From Bacillota bacterium (lineage in GTDB: Bacteria; Bacillota; Syntrophomonadia; Syntrophomonadales; Syntrophomonadaceae): a stretch of DNA of 64,000 nt. Made by a program: the position numbers and the translations under genes. The notes under the pieces were generated by a model, which worked only from the letters and a program-made list of their open reading frames with translations, was not told the DNA's origin and did no database searches. Shown one piece after another: positions 12,601 to 18,785 of the stretch; position 1 is the stretch's first letter; each line of letters opens with the position of its first letter. The stretch lies in assembly GCA_034659475.1 (NCBI GenBank), contig JAYEHK010000155.1:1279-65278 (forward strand), in the 5' to 3' direction.

Positions 12601-13287
12601 GATTTCTGAAGCCTGGGGCGGAATATCATACAGGAATGTAACTTTTGAGTGGGTAAGCGGTTTTGTGCTGTTATATACGCTTTTCGCGGTGTATTCTACG
12701 CCTTTATCGTCTTGCATGGTTAAGGTAAGCTCGGTCTTCTGCACAATAGGCTCGCTGAAGGTAACAACGATCGGAACCTGCTCACCTGCTTTAAAGGTTT
12801 TATTCGGCGAGCTTATCTCTTTCACTGTAGGATATTCATCATCTGAAACACGGGCATAAATGTCATAAGAGAAAGCGGAATCCGAAGTAAGATTGAACTG
12901 TCTGGTTGTACTAGGAGCTCTGAATGTCAGCCAAAGCGCATCTCCTTTACCAATGACTTGGCGATCTGGCTCCGATAAATTAAAGGGAACCACGGCGGGC
13001 GGCGTCTTCAGATCTATCGTAAGCGGTGTAAACGCACCGCTGGCATTTTTGGGAAATTGGTCTGTAAATTTGAACGTATCAGGATCATAATTGGTGCTCA
13101 GCGAATAGGTAGCTTTTATTGGTGCTGTAAAATTCAACTTCGTTGCCGCATTGTCAAGGAAAGCATTTCTTACAATTTCCGGCATCGTTAACTTCACACC
13201 CATGAGAAGCTCACCTTCACTTAGTCTATCACGGAACTCATATGCGCCATAGTCTATCACCAGTCTAGTAGAACTAGGTGTTTTCAT
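3628..13287 (-). CDS. Giant (3219 aa) cell-surface protein with Ig-like/Big_2 and cadherin-like beta-sandwich arrays, a beta-propeller-like repeat region and three C-terminal SLH domains; no N-terminal signal peptide
   Basis: Uninterrupted 9.66-kb ORF. The C-terminal ~185 aa contain 3 SLH repeats (FTDV..WAEGYIYYLADRGIVNG; FSDVPANAWYAKYVAWASQVGVAKG; FADDAQIASYARSAVYAMQQAGIISG). There is a Big_2-like segment (VTVLPADATDATVTWSVENGTGNATISASGLVTGTGVGTVTVKA). The N-terminus MKTPSSTRLVIDYGAYEF lacks a hydrophobic core. Confidence 0.85.
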   Translation of the reverse strand: MKTPSSTRLVIDYGAYEFRDRLSEGELLMGVKLTMPEIVRNAFLDNAATKLNFTAPIKATYSLSTNYDPDTFKFTDQFPKNASGAFTPLTIDLKTPPAVVPFNLSEPDRQVIGKGDALWLTFRAPSTTRQFNLTSDSAFSYDIYARVSDDEYPTVKEISSPNKTFKAGEQVPIVVTFSEPIVQKTELTLTMQDDKGVEYTAKSVYNSTKPLTHSKVTFLYDIPPQASEILWSVRISGDTYDTSNKRVSAYTFPSGVERLATTFNYNEIDSMTGMTLQDAEGNALAGAYSPGETKGKLEVNLFQNKNAVEGTLTVGEKQNNWLISYTDQVEDKFTVQRLYASYDNGRTKIPLYITDAVDKLTAEFDLPASGDYKMLFYMATDEAPTVFRPIMEANKSVEFTKAPLILVTADQMTINHPTSKVLNIGDEQFVKLTYTYSGNATFHETEDFKWVSNNSNIATISATSGEITPVGVGKVTFNLVAMNGMDDGTKDVIKTSEEFTVKVYLGKPSLSVSKLITTKMGVPVQVMWSTNVIYINQQDEPQKDTSFSVELYEGNYATVAALAEKTPGYTANTAVNANSFTIPGEQLTKLSSGTEPAYTVKISTQNPYVSGEKVETVGNIIVASPPASVKIERPASYYMLDTAQSLAVNWASTNVNDTTGGCDFEFAVAKNGASVTTSQAASGSYTLNFADVSGKLKDVYTVTAKIKNTGDEAYSYDSFVLHVYDAEAMKIWVDKQPASTFTMDNEGRIAGMTSADIVALERNISLTNKLSINYGDYSYGLVTDQVEWQASDSKVANINYSQGGGYNNIEDYNFPSYMPDANFILAGLKDGTATINATHKLSRMTDTLGLEVKTLTDKLYLFQAMPLALTEFIYTNGDGIEKTVNSDDKGAVAIYEPNGIKGNVQLKSIFDGSIYMGTIYKVNLLSGENDGSKGQLYPINNFVLRKAAQLDLNFKNPDGTPYIGTVTIRAGVYKNGNYCESSEISDNKDAWKKPMTITPTKGFYRQAFDVNNFWSTEAGETLASSVNATDKIDYVFEFHFGNDEYQLQIIKFSGNLSGADVLRFGESIVTLEPTVDQNKPFFSTQHLDRYKKSGRLESIKNATGNIGLNAQTPKIRIDTQALWWGTPLEDTNAAISILNEKGAALAGQNYKTFKYPFATMLLTEHQIMIDESNIWINKKGRGKLTVKLFNEDGSLYNSTLQAYSIRNMLSVENISASPDVNANFQAEMQRSIKAGTSFEAEDNFTQSALDFASGIQFGNDNFSLMLAPTADPTVFKGLLQLNPGDDVMDMGPQEDSFSMMLDDDEVKTNGTGKAGFAKSRELASGLKDDIESILDDSSGNSVKYQVGGYFSCKIIYNFETEKWEIRPIGGGIRAGISYQFSHTDTQWVGTVPCTFEIKLGAAVRLEFDAHRLYEPVSVQYSDEKDCIDYYWQEDQESVTDYLTNLRIKAYIYAFGGLGIDYTVIALKVGVFGQLVLENENQFLNRNYLDTEIANQAAGYNQTEKALSGSRLNLAGQVGIKFVAKLLFISYQATFASASFDKEWTYRNWDKINVYWEETTGDMLTMDNMSLAAQSYAAATGQDSVVISEAPALESRAYLNDYSRVWSTPGGTISALSLDTNNLAPSTLQSNAYPYANPLIADDGTMMVYLSDNGSPDVWDTTANYAVKESGSYADKGKINTDAASFGDSQLSFASNNSQAISAWVSLTDKIDKNAGDELTAPEMSMMINNTEVYASIYKGSAWTTERLTNNSTPDMAPVVATNGSRAIAVWRSVYAGDASNPTDFSGKDTIVYRIYDGSQWSPEDETRTLYNGVNGSVVGLKAAMTADGTAAIAYIIDTSGTRDASSYEVVYGVVGSSGESVNNVRLTNDITADQNPQLTVAEFSGNERFMLAWNKIDGEKSDIRLATFGNDGSPKEDFIDSLSSVSSGNNIGGNFKFVNTSAANKDFKNLSILWVEPDAATGSDSLKAIKFVQETVDDNQLTFTSAAIDVAQMPGKTDTTDKTVIDSFDAYVSNPATDEVKVIILGTESKNEFDTITSGDTTIMVPKTESKMFTATETYQNKAEITAADFNYTEIMAGFIMPIAFTVQNQGKDLITSVTIAYGTESKTFDNLKILPGTSNTLLANYSVPENIADLPYSGTATFGGTTVDMTGSETLPLAVADVGISKISTVKEQEGQREFAVTLYNSSDYKLNTSGKTVKLGFYDNSAYTAGTQVVPIVTITDPGELSLIDNGAYITNLSFDIKAYLLGKGKDEIPANGVTLYAKAWVVDSSDKELAEFVGENNFSTILCENLVQRNSGNAIKVDVKQSNSATATTAVLILQNLAMAAVTNGNVAVNLLDKGGNIIRTQYLSNTAEGLVTLGSEAVISKTFLFDTLGADVEAHYFSATADSMNADLQILAASGVGVGFDKDTTSYADLRANSLKSTNITAISANPNAKVMLKDAADTVLAEETGALAYTLPLAIGSNTFKVTVAPEGAGAQPKTYALTVANEEPASGSVTLTTSVPDTRGWWSCDSVPVALTATGLTNFIPTKMQYNVDNGDWTSKTYTSSPVDVTAITDEGTYVINAKLQDTNDYNLTANSLTVKVDRTAPAFGADKTSAMLAGNTVTVSTDVTDVLSGIYSVVMTRGSATYPMQKQAGTDTYTASFTANSIGEITIVATDMAGNIAQTATGSADSVLASITAPTATTGIANGTAKTAEALGLPATVTMVTDQGNVSASVNWDVANSSYDVSTTTEQSFNVNGTVTLPGGVVNTGNVDLTTSIGVTVNAAVITGKVNAITVSAASDATSVVNGSTLQMSVTVLPADATDATVTWSVENGTGNATISASGLVTGTGVGTVTVKAMANDGSGISGTKTITITSASTGGSSGGGSSAVAKTDLIKNADSTDNVKLKATEINKAKTLTINGNGANLVFGEDVLAEMKIKSSLEAAIKQVKAEELSESAKLIVGDRPVFDIKVIADGKTVTSFGKLSIELPYTPKAGEDISKLAAFYIADDGTITQMEGSRYDNVKKAIVFTTTHLSMYAVGEVIDIVADSKFTDVVQGSWAEGYIYYLADRGIVNGKTETTFAPNDSISRAEFVTILAKMSGNTLPQGTDQFSDVPANAWYAKYVAWASQVGVAKGANGHFNPNDVITRQDMATMITRYADSVAKYNLPEGNQSKTFADDAQIASYARSAVYAMQQAGIISGRGDNTFAPAANASRAEAAKMIVVLLQGKEK

Positions 13288-14429
13288 TAATGGAAAAGGA
13301 CCCGGCCCGGCCCGGCCACTGGATTGTAATATCGCTCTAATGCTTTTTCCAAAAATATTTCCCCATCAGCAGCCATACCGGGAAAGAGATTCGGTGCCGA
13401 GGAGCTATATAGGGTATAATCATAGGTTTTGCTCATGGTTATGGGAATCAGTTGACTTGACTTTCCGTTGGAAAACAGACATCCGTTAAGGTCTTTCAGG
13501 CGCAAATAGCCTAAGGTAGCCGAACCATTCCAGCGTTCACTTTTCACATCGGGCAAATAAAAGCTTGCATATTTAGGAGAAGTCCCGGTCATGGTTATGG
13601 AGCCTAGTTCTTTAGAAGTCCCCAACATCCCCGGCAGATATTCCTGTGAAAAGGTAGCTTGGCTATTATATTGGCCCCCAGTTATATTATAAGTGATGGA
13701 TACTTGGCCGTTATAGGCATTAGCAACAGCGCTGCAGTTCACAACTGGAACGGGAGCAACCGCAGCAGCAGTATACATCGCTTGTGCAGGGGCAGCAGGT
13801 TCAAGGTTTATCCCCTCGGTCGTAAGCTGATGTTCTAGGCTCGAAAGCATTTTCACATGTTCATCCGTTATCTGTATATTATTCTTGAGGAAATTCTCCT
13901 CAACAAATTGCATGTACGTTTCAAAGTCGATTAACTTGGCGATAAAGGCAAGGCTAACGGCTTGGTCGTCTACTTTGACCTCCCTGTCCAGATCAACATC
14001 GGGGGCATTCACAATGTCCCGCATTTGGTCCAGAGTATAAAGCTTGCCCTCCATCTCTATTTTATAGCTAAGACGGTTGCCTTTTTCGTCAATGATCCCC
14101 ATCGAAATCATTGATTCGAACATAGCGTCGGCTTTATCAGCCCCGTACTCTTTAGAAAGTGCGGCAATAAGCTGCTCTTTTGCATCGGGATTATATGAAT
14201 CCTCCACAAGTGATTTTGCGGCGATTTCAGGCTCTTCTTGGTCAGACAGTGGGATCGACTGCTCTCCTGCGTTGGGATTATATATCCCCTGCGTAGGTGA
14301 ATTAGCAGCAATAGTCTGCTCACTTGTGTTTGGATCATATGGCTCCTGTGCAAATGCATTTAGCGGTAATGTAGAAAGCAACATAATACATACCAGCAGC
14401 ATAGATATGAATTTTTTGAAATTTCTCAC
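13287..14429 (-). CDS. Secreted 380-aa protein (signal peptide plus YNPN/EQ repeats); possibly the detached N-terminus of the giant SLH protein
   Basis: GTG start preceded by an AAGGAGAAAC RBS. Signal peptide MRNFKKFISMLLVCIMLLSTLPLNAFA. Three degenerate (Y[DN]PN..EQ) repeats. The stop overlaps the next ATG as TAATG. Confidence 0.7.
   Translation of the reverse strand: MRNFKKFISMLLVCIMLLSTLPLNAFAQEPYDPNTSEQTIAANSPTQGIYNPNAGEQSIPLSDQEEPEIAAKSLVEDSYNPDAKEQLIAALSKEYGADKADAMFESMISMGIIDEKGNRLSYKIEMEGKLYTLDQMRDIVNAPDVDLDREVKVDDQAVSLAFIAKLIDFETYMQFVEENFLKNNIQITDEHVKMLSSLEHQLTTEGINLEPAAPAQAMYTAAAVAPVPVVNCSAVANAYNGQVSITYNITGGQYNSQATFSQEYLPGMLGTSKELGSITMTGTSPKYASFYLPDVKSERWNGSATLGYLRLKDLNGCLFSNGKSSQLIPITMSKTYDYTLYSSSAPNLFPGMAADGEIFLEKALERYYNPVAGPGRVLFH
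13301..13317. repeat. Perfect pentanucleotide repeat (CCCGG)3CC, 11 nt upstream (gene sense) of the stop/start junction of the two surface-protein ORFs
   Basis: Plus strand cccggcccggcccggcc; minus strand GGCCGGGCCGGGCCGGG, encoding ...VAGPGR... of the upstream ORF. Confidence 0.9.
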
Positions 14430-14685
14430 TTTAAGTTTCTCCTTTCGCTTATAATGAACGAATCCTTTGCTTTGGCTCTTACCCCGAAAGCGTCACCTCC
14501 AACTTTTCTCGGTCTATCGTTTATTTACTTGACCTAACAGATCGCCAGTTTGTATTATGTTAATTTATAAATCTTGCCAAAACACAACATCTGCGTGAAA
14601 TGCCGTTATTTTCGCTATGGAATGTAACATTAGCTGTTATAATGGATAATGTGTGCAGAATGACATTAGGGTGATAGGTAACAGG

Positions 14686-15405
14686 ATGAAAATTGCTATT
14701 TGCGATGATGACAAGCAGGAGCTTTGGGAAATCATTCGGCTTGTGGAGGAATATTTTAGCGCTAGCCTGACGGATGAGAAAATAGAAGTGTGCAGATTTG
14801 AAAGCAGTTTAGCACTGAACAAACAGCTTGAAGGCGGCAAGCATTTTGATGTTTTTCTTCTGGATGTCATTATGCCGACTATAAACGGCATTGCGCTTGC
14901 CGAAAAGATACGAAAAACAGATCAGGTTGCAAAAATAATTTTTTTGACTACATCGCCAGAATTTGCAGTGAAGTCTTATTCTGTAGATGCATTTCATTAT
15001 TTATTAAAGCCCATTGAAAAAGTCAAACTCTTTTCTGTTTTAGAAAAAGCCTGCAGTGATATTTGCAGCGACCTACAGCAATATATCGCTGTAAAAACAC
15101 AAAACAGTCTCACCAAGCTATTCTTCCGGGAACTAATCTATGTTGAGGTAATAGAAAAAACCGTATATTTTTATCAAAAAAGCGGGGTTACGATAAAAAG
15201 CAGCACTACGCTTTCTCAAGTTGAAGCTGTTTTACTAAAAGATAAACGTTTCATCAAGCCTCATCGCTCCTATATCGTCAACCTGGACTACATCAAGGAC
15301 CTATCACAGAAGGGCTTTACGACCACAAGCGACCTATTTATCCCTATAACAAGAAGTGCTTTCAAAGAAGTAAAACAGGTATATATCAAGCATTTATTTC
15401 ATTAG
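14686..15405 (+). CDS. LytTR-family response regulator (AgrA/VirR-like)
   Basis: Receiver domain (MKIAICDDD...DVFLLDVIMP) plus a LytTR DNA-binding domain (FIKPHRSYIVNLDYIKDL). The ORF track starts at 14653; the ATG at 14686 fits the family N-terminus. Confidence 0.9.
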   Translation: MKIAICDDDKQELWEIIRLVEEYFSASLTDEKIEVCRFESSLALNKQLEGGKHFDVFLLDVIMPTINGIALAEKIRKTDQVAKIIFLTTSPEFAVKSYSVDAFHYLLKPIEKVKLFSVLEKACSDICSDLQQYIAVKTQNSLTKLFFRELIYVEVIEKTVYFYQKSGVTIKSSTTLSQVEAVLLKDKRFIKPHRSYIVNLDYIKDLSQKGFTTTSDLFIPITRSAFKEVKQVYIKHLFH

Positions 15406-15429
15406 GAAGATTAATAAGAGGTAAAAAAC

Positions 15430-16698
15430 ATGTTGGATTATATAAGGTCTCTTCTTGCCTTTGTTTTCGCTATCAGTGTGATGTATATGCTCTTGGATTG
15501 TAAAATGAAACATAAGAGAACCCCCTATCTGTTGGGGTTTTACGTAACTGTCGTGCTAATTTGTGATGCGCTTATTTTACAAAAATGCGGGTATACATAT
15601 TTTATGGGACTATATCCCCTTCTTGTCCACTTTCCTGTATTTTTAGCATTTGTGTTTGTATCAAAGTTCAAACCCATCAAGGTATTTTTTGTTCTTTTGA
15701 CACTCGTCGCTTTAACCACGTCGTTTTCTTTGGTTGGACTTATTATTTCATATTTTTTTGACTCCAGCAGAGAAGTCGTGAACATTGTTTGCTATATCAT
15801 GTATCTACCCATAGGGTTTATTATTTACAAGTATATCCGTCCGTCATTTCTTTATATGATGCGTAACACAGATAAAGGTTGGTTAGGATTTTGCATTATA
15901 CCGCTTTCATACTCTGTGCTTATTTATTCTATCGGAATGTATAATTTGGACAAGGTGAGCATTGGACCCAATGTAAAGGATGCTGTGCTGCTCTTTATTT
16001 TGGTTTTTTCAGCTTATTTTCTGATTCTACGTTTGTTCAAACAAACCAGAGAACAGCTTACCCTGCAAAACGAACAGAATATATCACAAATGCAATTAGC
16101 CGCAGCACAGATACATTTGGAATCATTACAAGAATCACAAAAAAAAACGCTCATCTATCGCCACGATATGCGTCACCATCTGGATCTGATTAGCGCCTAT
16201 CTTACGGACAATAACCATGCAGCAGCACAAAACTATATTACAGAGGTCGAAGAAACCATTGAAGCCGCTACGGTTGAAACGTATTGCAACAATTACTCGG
16301 TTAACTTGATTCTGTCTTCGTGTATTGCGAAGGCCAGGAATGAACAAATTGCCGTTGAAACCCAAATCGATCTCCCAGAGAAGAACGCCGTAGCCAATAT
16401 GGACCTTTGCATGATTTTGGCCAATGCCATTGAAAATGGTATCAACGCATGCAAGTGTATTCCCCGTATAAACGACAGAACCTTGAAAATCGTCTGCAAA
16501 ACCAAAAACGATAAGCTCCTCATACAAATCACCAATAGCTTTGCAGGTACGGTCAGCTTTGTTAACGATATGCCGGTAAGCATGGAGGAAAATCATGGCC
16601 TGGGCACGAAAAGCATTGCAGCAGTGGCTAAGAAATACAACGGAGTGTATTCCTTCACCGCCGAAGATGGAGTCTTTACGACAAGCCTTTTCCTATAG
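15430..16698 (+). CDS. AgrC/VirS-type membrane sensor histidine kinase (GHKL ATPase, HPK10-like)
   Basis: About 6 N-terminal TM helices, an H-box (IYRHDMRHHLDLISAYL), an N-box (ILANAIENGINAC) and a G-box (NHGLGTKSI). It lies 24 nt after the LytTR regulator. Confidence 0.85.
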   Translation: MLDYIRSLLAFVFAISVMYMLLDCKMKHKRTPYLLGFYVTVVLICDALILQKCGYTYFMGLYPLLVHFPVFLAFVFVSKFKPIKVFFVLLTLVALTTSFSLVGLIISYFFDSSREVVNIVCYIMYLPIGFIIYKYIRPSFLYMMRNTDKGWLGFCIIPLSYSVLIYSIGMYNLDKVSIGPNVKDAVLLFILVFSAYFLILRLFKQTREQLTLQNEQNISQMQLAAAQIHLESLQESQKKTLIYRHDMRHHLDLISAYLTDNNHAAAQNYITEVEETIEAATVETYCNNYSVNLILSSCIAKARNEQIAVETQIDLPEKNAVANMDLCMILANAIENGINACKCIPRINDRTLKIVCKTKNDKLLIQITNSFAGTVSFVNDMPVSMEENHGLGTKSIAAVAKKYNGVYSFTAEDGVFTTSLFL

Positions 16699-16778
16699 CA
16701 AAAGAGAACCGCCCCTTGATAGATATAGTCATGTCTTTGGTCTAAGGATATACCCATCCTGAAAACGGTTATAAAATA

Positions 16779-16825
16779 TGTAAAAAGCTGCATGTTATCG
16801 CCAAAACGGCTCTTCATGCAGCTTT
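16779..16825 (-). terminator. Hairpin terminator after the oxidoreductase/CbiT-like operon
   Basis: Minus strand AAAGCTGCATG-20 nt-CATGCAGCTTT followed by TTTACATATTTT, 40 nt after the stop at 16866. Confidence 0.5.
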
Positions 16826-16865
16826 AATATATTATCTTATGTCAGCGGTATCAACCGCAGCGTGA

Positions 16866-17783
16866 TTACGATTCTTCGACACTTCTGGCAGAGATCAGCC
16901 ATGGAGCTGGGAATGGCTCCATCAAGTTTTTACTGTTAACGCGTGATACCTCTATATGGATTGCTTCCGTGCGCTCCAAACCGTTTTCCCGAAACAAAGC
17001 CGGAAGAGATGTCAGGATCTCGAAGTCCAACGTGTAGATCACAAAATCCATGGCTGGATTGATGGCCTTCAGACTCTTTATTTCACTGCCGATCCTTGGA
17101 GAACCCACAATAAACGCAACGTCAGGCACCGGCAGCTTATCCGGGATACCGGTTTCAAGAGACTCCACGATGATTACGTTGTTGAGACCAAATTTGTCAA
17201 CATTACATTTCATAGTCTCTCTATCCCTGCGGTCATATTCCACAGCAATGACACTGCCCTCAGCAGCAATCATGGCCGCCTCCACCGCGATGCTCTCCCC
17301 CGAGATGATACATATATTATCCTGATCCCTCAGATTGAGTTTATTCATTATAACAGCCCGAACTTCCCTGCACACATACTGAACAGATCCGCAGGAGAAC
17401 CGACTGTTCTCCATACCTATATGATAATTGGTTGCAGCGTTGGGATTCAGAATCAACATTGCTGCAGAAGCATTGATCCCGCGATCTATCATGTCTGATA
17501 GCTTGTCGTGCTTGATCTCTCCGGATGGATCAGAGCCCTCATTGTACCAGATATCGCAATCCCCCAGTTCCGCATTCCACATATCGTAGAATATTTCCGG
17601 ATGTCCGGCGTCCGTAAAAACCAGCACTGCACGATTGCTCATAATGGTCGGAATCAGGTTCTTATTCTTCCCTGTAATGTCCAGCATTTTCAGTTTTGCC
17701 AGATTGACCGGGGCGTTTTTTGAAAAATACTGGAGCCAGGATAAAATGACCTCATTGGTAAACATCGTCTGTTCCACAGGCAA
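16866..17783 (-). CDS. CbiE(C-terminal half)/CbiT-like protein (precorrin-6 methyltransferase fold) with a degenerate SAM motif
   Basis: Aligns by eye to CbiT (REVRAVIMNKLNL..., VIAVEYD, PDVAFIVGS, final PAPWLI). The GxGxG motif I is replaced by ICIISGESIAVEAA. The likely start is the GTG at 17777, 8 nt after AAGGAGG. It lies 63 nt after the oxidoreductase beta subunit. Confidence 0.55.
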   Translation of the reverse strand: MPVEQTMFTNEVILSWLQYFSKNAPVNLAKLKMLDITGKNKNLIPTIMSNRAVLVFTDAGHPEIFYDMWNAELGDCDIWYNEGSDPSGEIKHDKLSDMIDRGINASAAMLILNPNAATNYHIGMENSRFSCGSVQYVCREVRAVIMNKLNLRDQDNICIISGESIAVEAAMIAAEGSVIAVEYDRRDRETMKCNVDKFGLNNVIIVESLETGIPDKLPVPDVAFIVGSPRIGSEIKSLKAINPAMDFVIYTLDFEILTSLPALFRENGLERTEAIHIEVSRVNSKNLMEPFPAPWLISARSVEES

Positions 17784-17846
17784 AACCTCCTTATTACCGT
17801 TATCATACCATATTTTTTTGGATTTATTCCCAGCCTTAACTCGAGA

Positions 17847-18785
17847 CTAAGCGCCGGTGCGCTCCCGCAGACGTTCCCATTTTTGATCGACATAGCTCTG
17901 GGCTTCTTCAATCATCCACTCATTGCCCTTCTGAAACATATGGCGAAATCTGCCCTGAGGGCGGAGAAAGTCTTCCACCGGCAGCTTTTTCTTCGGTGTA
18001 TAATTCAGACGCCACACACCCTTCTCTACTTCGTAAAGGGGCCAGACGCAGGTATCCACCGCCAGCTTAATGATCTCCGCAAGCTTTTCCATGGGATAGT
18101 CCCATCCGCGAGGACATGGGGACAATACGTTCAAAAAGCAAGGTCCTTCCGTATAAATGGCTTTATGAGATTTGGTATGCAGATCCTTGAAATTGCCTAT
18201 AGGGGCAGTCTGGGCTACATAAGGAATATGATGAGCAACCAAAATCTCAGTCAGATCTTTTTTATTCTGTTTCTTGCCCTGCTGTACAGAACCTATCGGC
18301 GTTGTCGTCGTGCGAGCAAAAGGAGGCGTTGAAGATGAACGCTGGATTCCGGTATTCATGTAAGCCTCGTTGTCATAGCAGACGTAGACCATGTCATGCC
18401 CGCGCTCCATCGCGCCTGACAGGGATTGAAAACCTATATCATAGGTTCCGCCATCACCTGCAAAAGTAATGAACTTAACGTTCCCATCCACCTTGCCACG
18501 GCGTTTCAAAGCGTTGTATGCTGCTTCCACTCCGGAACAGGTAGCCGCGGAGTTTTCAAAAGCAGAATGAATGTAACTGTCCATATAGGCAGTATAAGGA
18601 TACATAAAGGTGGAGACCTCCAGACAACTGGTCGCATTCACCACCACTGCCCTGTCCTCTTCATCCAGGGCACGCAGAACCCCTGATACAACAACCCCGG
18701 CGCCACATCCTGCGCAAAGCCGATGCCCTCCGGTGAGACGTACCGGCTTTTCCACTTCCCGTTTCAGGTTATATACCGTGCTCAT
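17847..18785 (-). CDS. 2-oxoacid:ferredoxin oxidoreductase, beta (TPP-binding) subunit
   Basis: GGHRLCAGCGAGVVV and GDGGTYDIGFQSL motifs. The ATG overlaps the alpha-subunit stop (ATGA). Confidence 0.9.
   Translation of the reverse strand: MSTVYNLKREVEKPVRLTGGHRLCAGCGAGVVVSGVLRALDEEDRAVVVNATSCLEVSTFMYPYTAYMDSYIHSAFENSAATCSGVEAAYNALKRRGKVDGNVKFITFAGDGGTYDIGFQSLSGAMERGHDMVYVCYDNEAYMNTGIQRSSSTPPFARTTTTPIGSVQQGKKQNKKDLTEILVAHHIPYVAQTAPIGNFKDLHTKSHKAIYTEGPCFLNVLSPCPRGWDYPMEKLAEIIKLAVDTCVWPLYEVEKGVWRLNYTPKKKLPVEDFLRPQGRFRHMFQKGNEWMIEEAQSYVDQKWERLRERTGA

Noticed and set aside
3660-13090. About 25 ORFs of 60-244 aa on either strand within the giant surface-protein gene
   Set aside because: They all overlap one uninterrupted 9.66-kb ORF with recognisable domains. 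Their compositions are biased (Ser/Thr/Val/Pro-rich), typical of off-frame and antisense read-through, and they lack RBSs. The same reasoning applies to overlapping ORFs inside rnr, the RND gene, hppA, gpmI, the SNF2 gene and others.
14454-14537. A 27-codon ORF (MNESFALALTPKASPPTFLGLSFIYLT) as a possible AgrD-like autoinducer precursor
   Set aside because: It has no RBS and no AgrB gene. It lacks the conserved C-terminal acidic/amphipathic AgrD features and any Cys/Ser cyclisation context. It is most likely chance.
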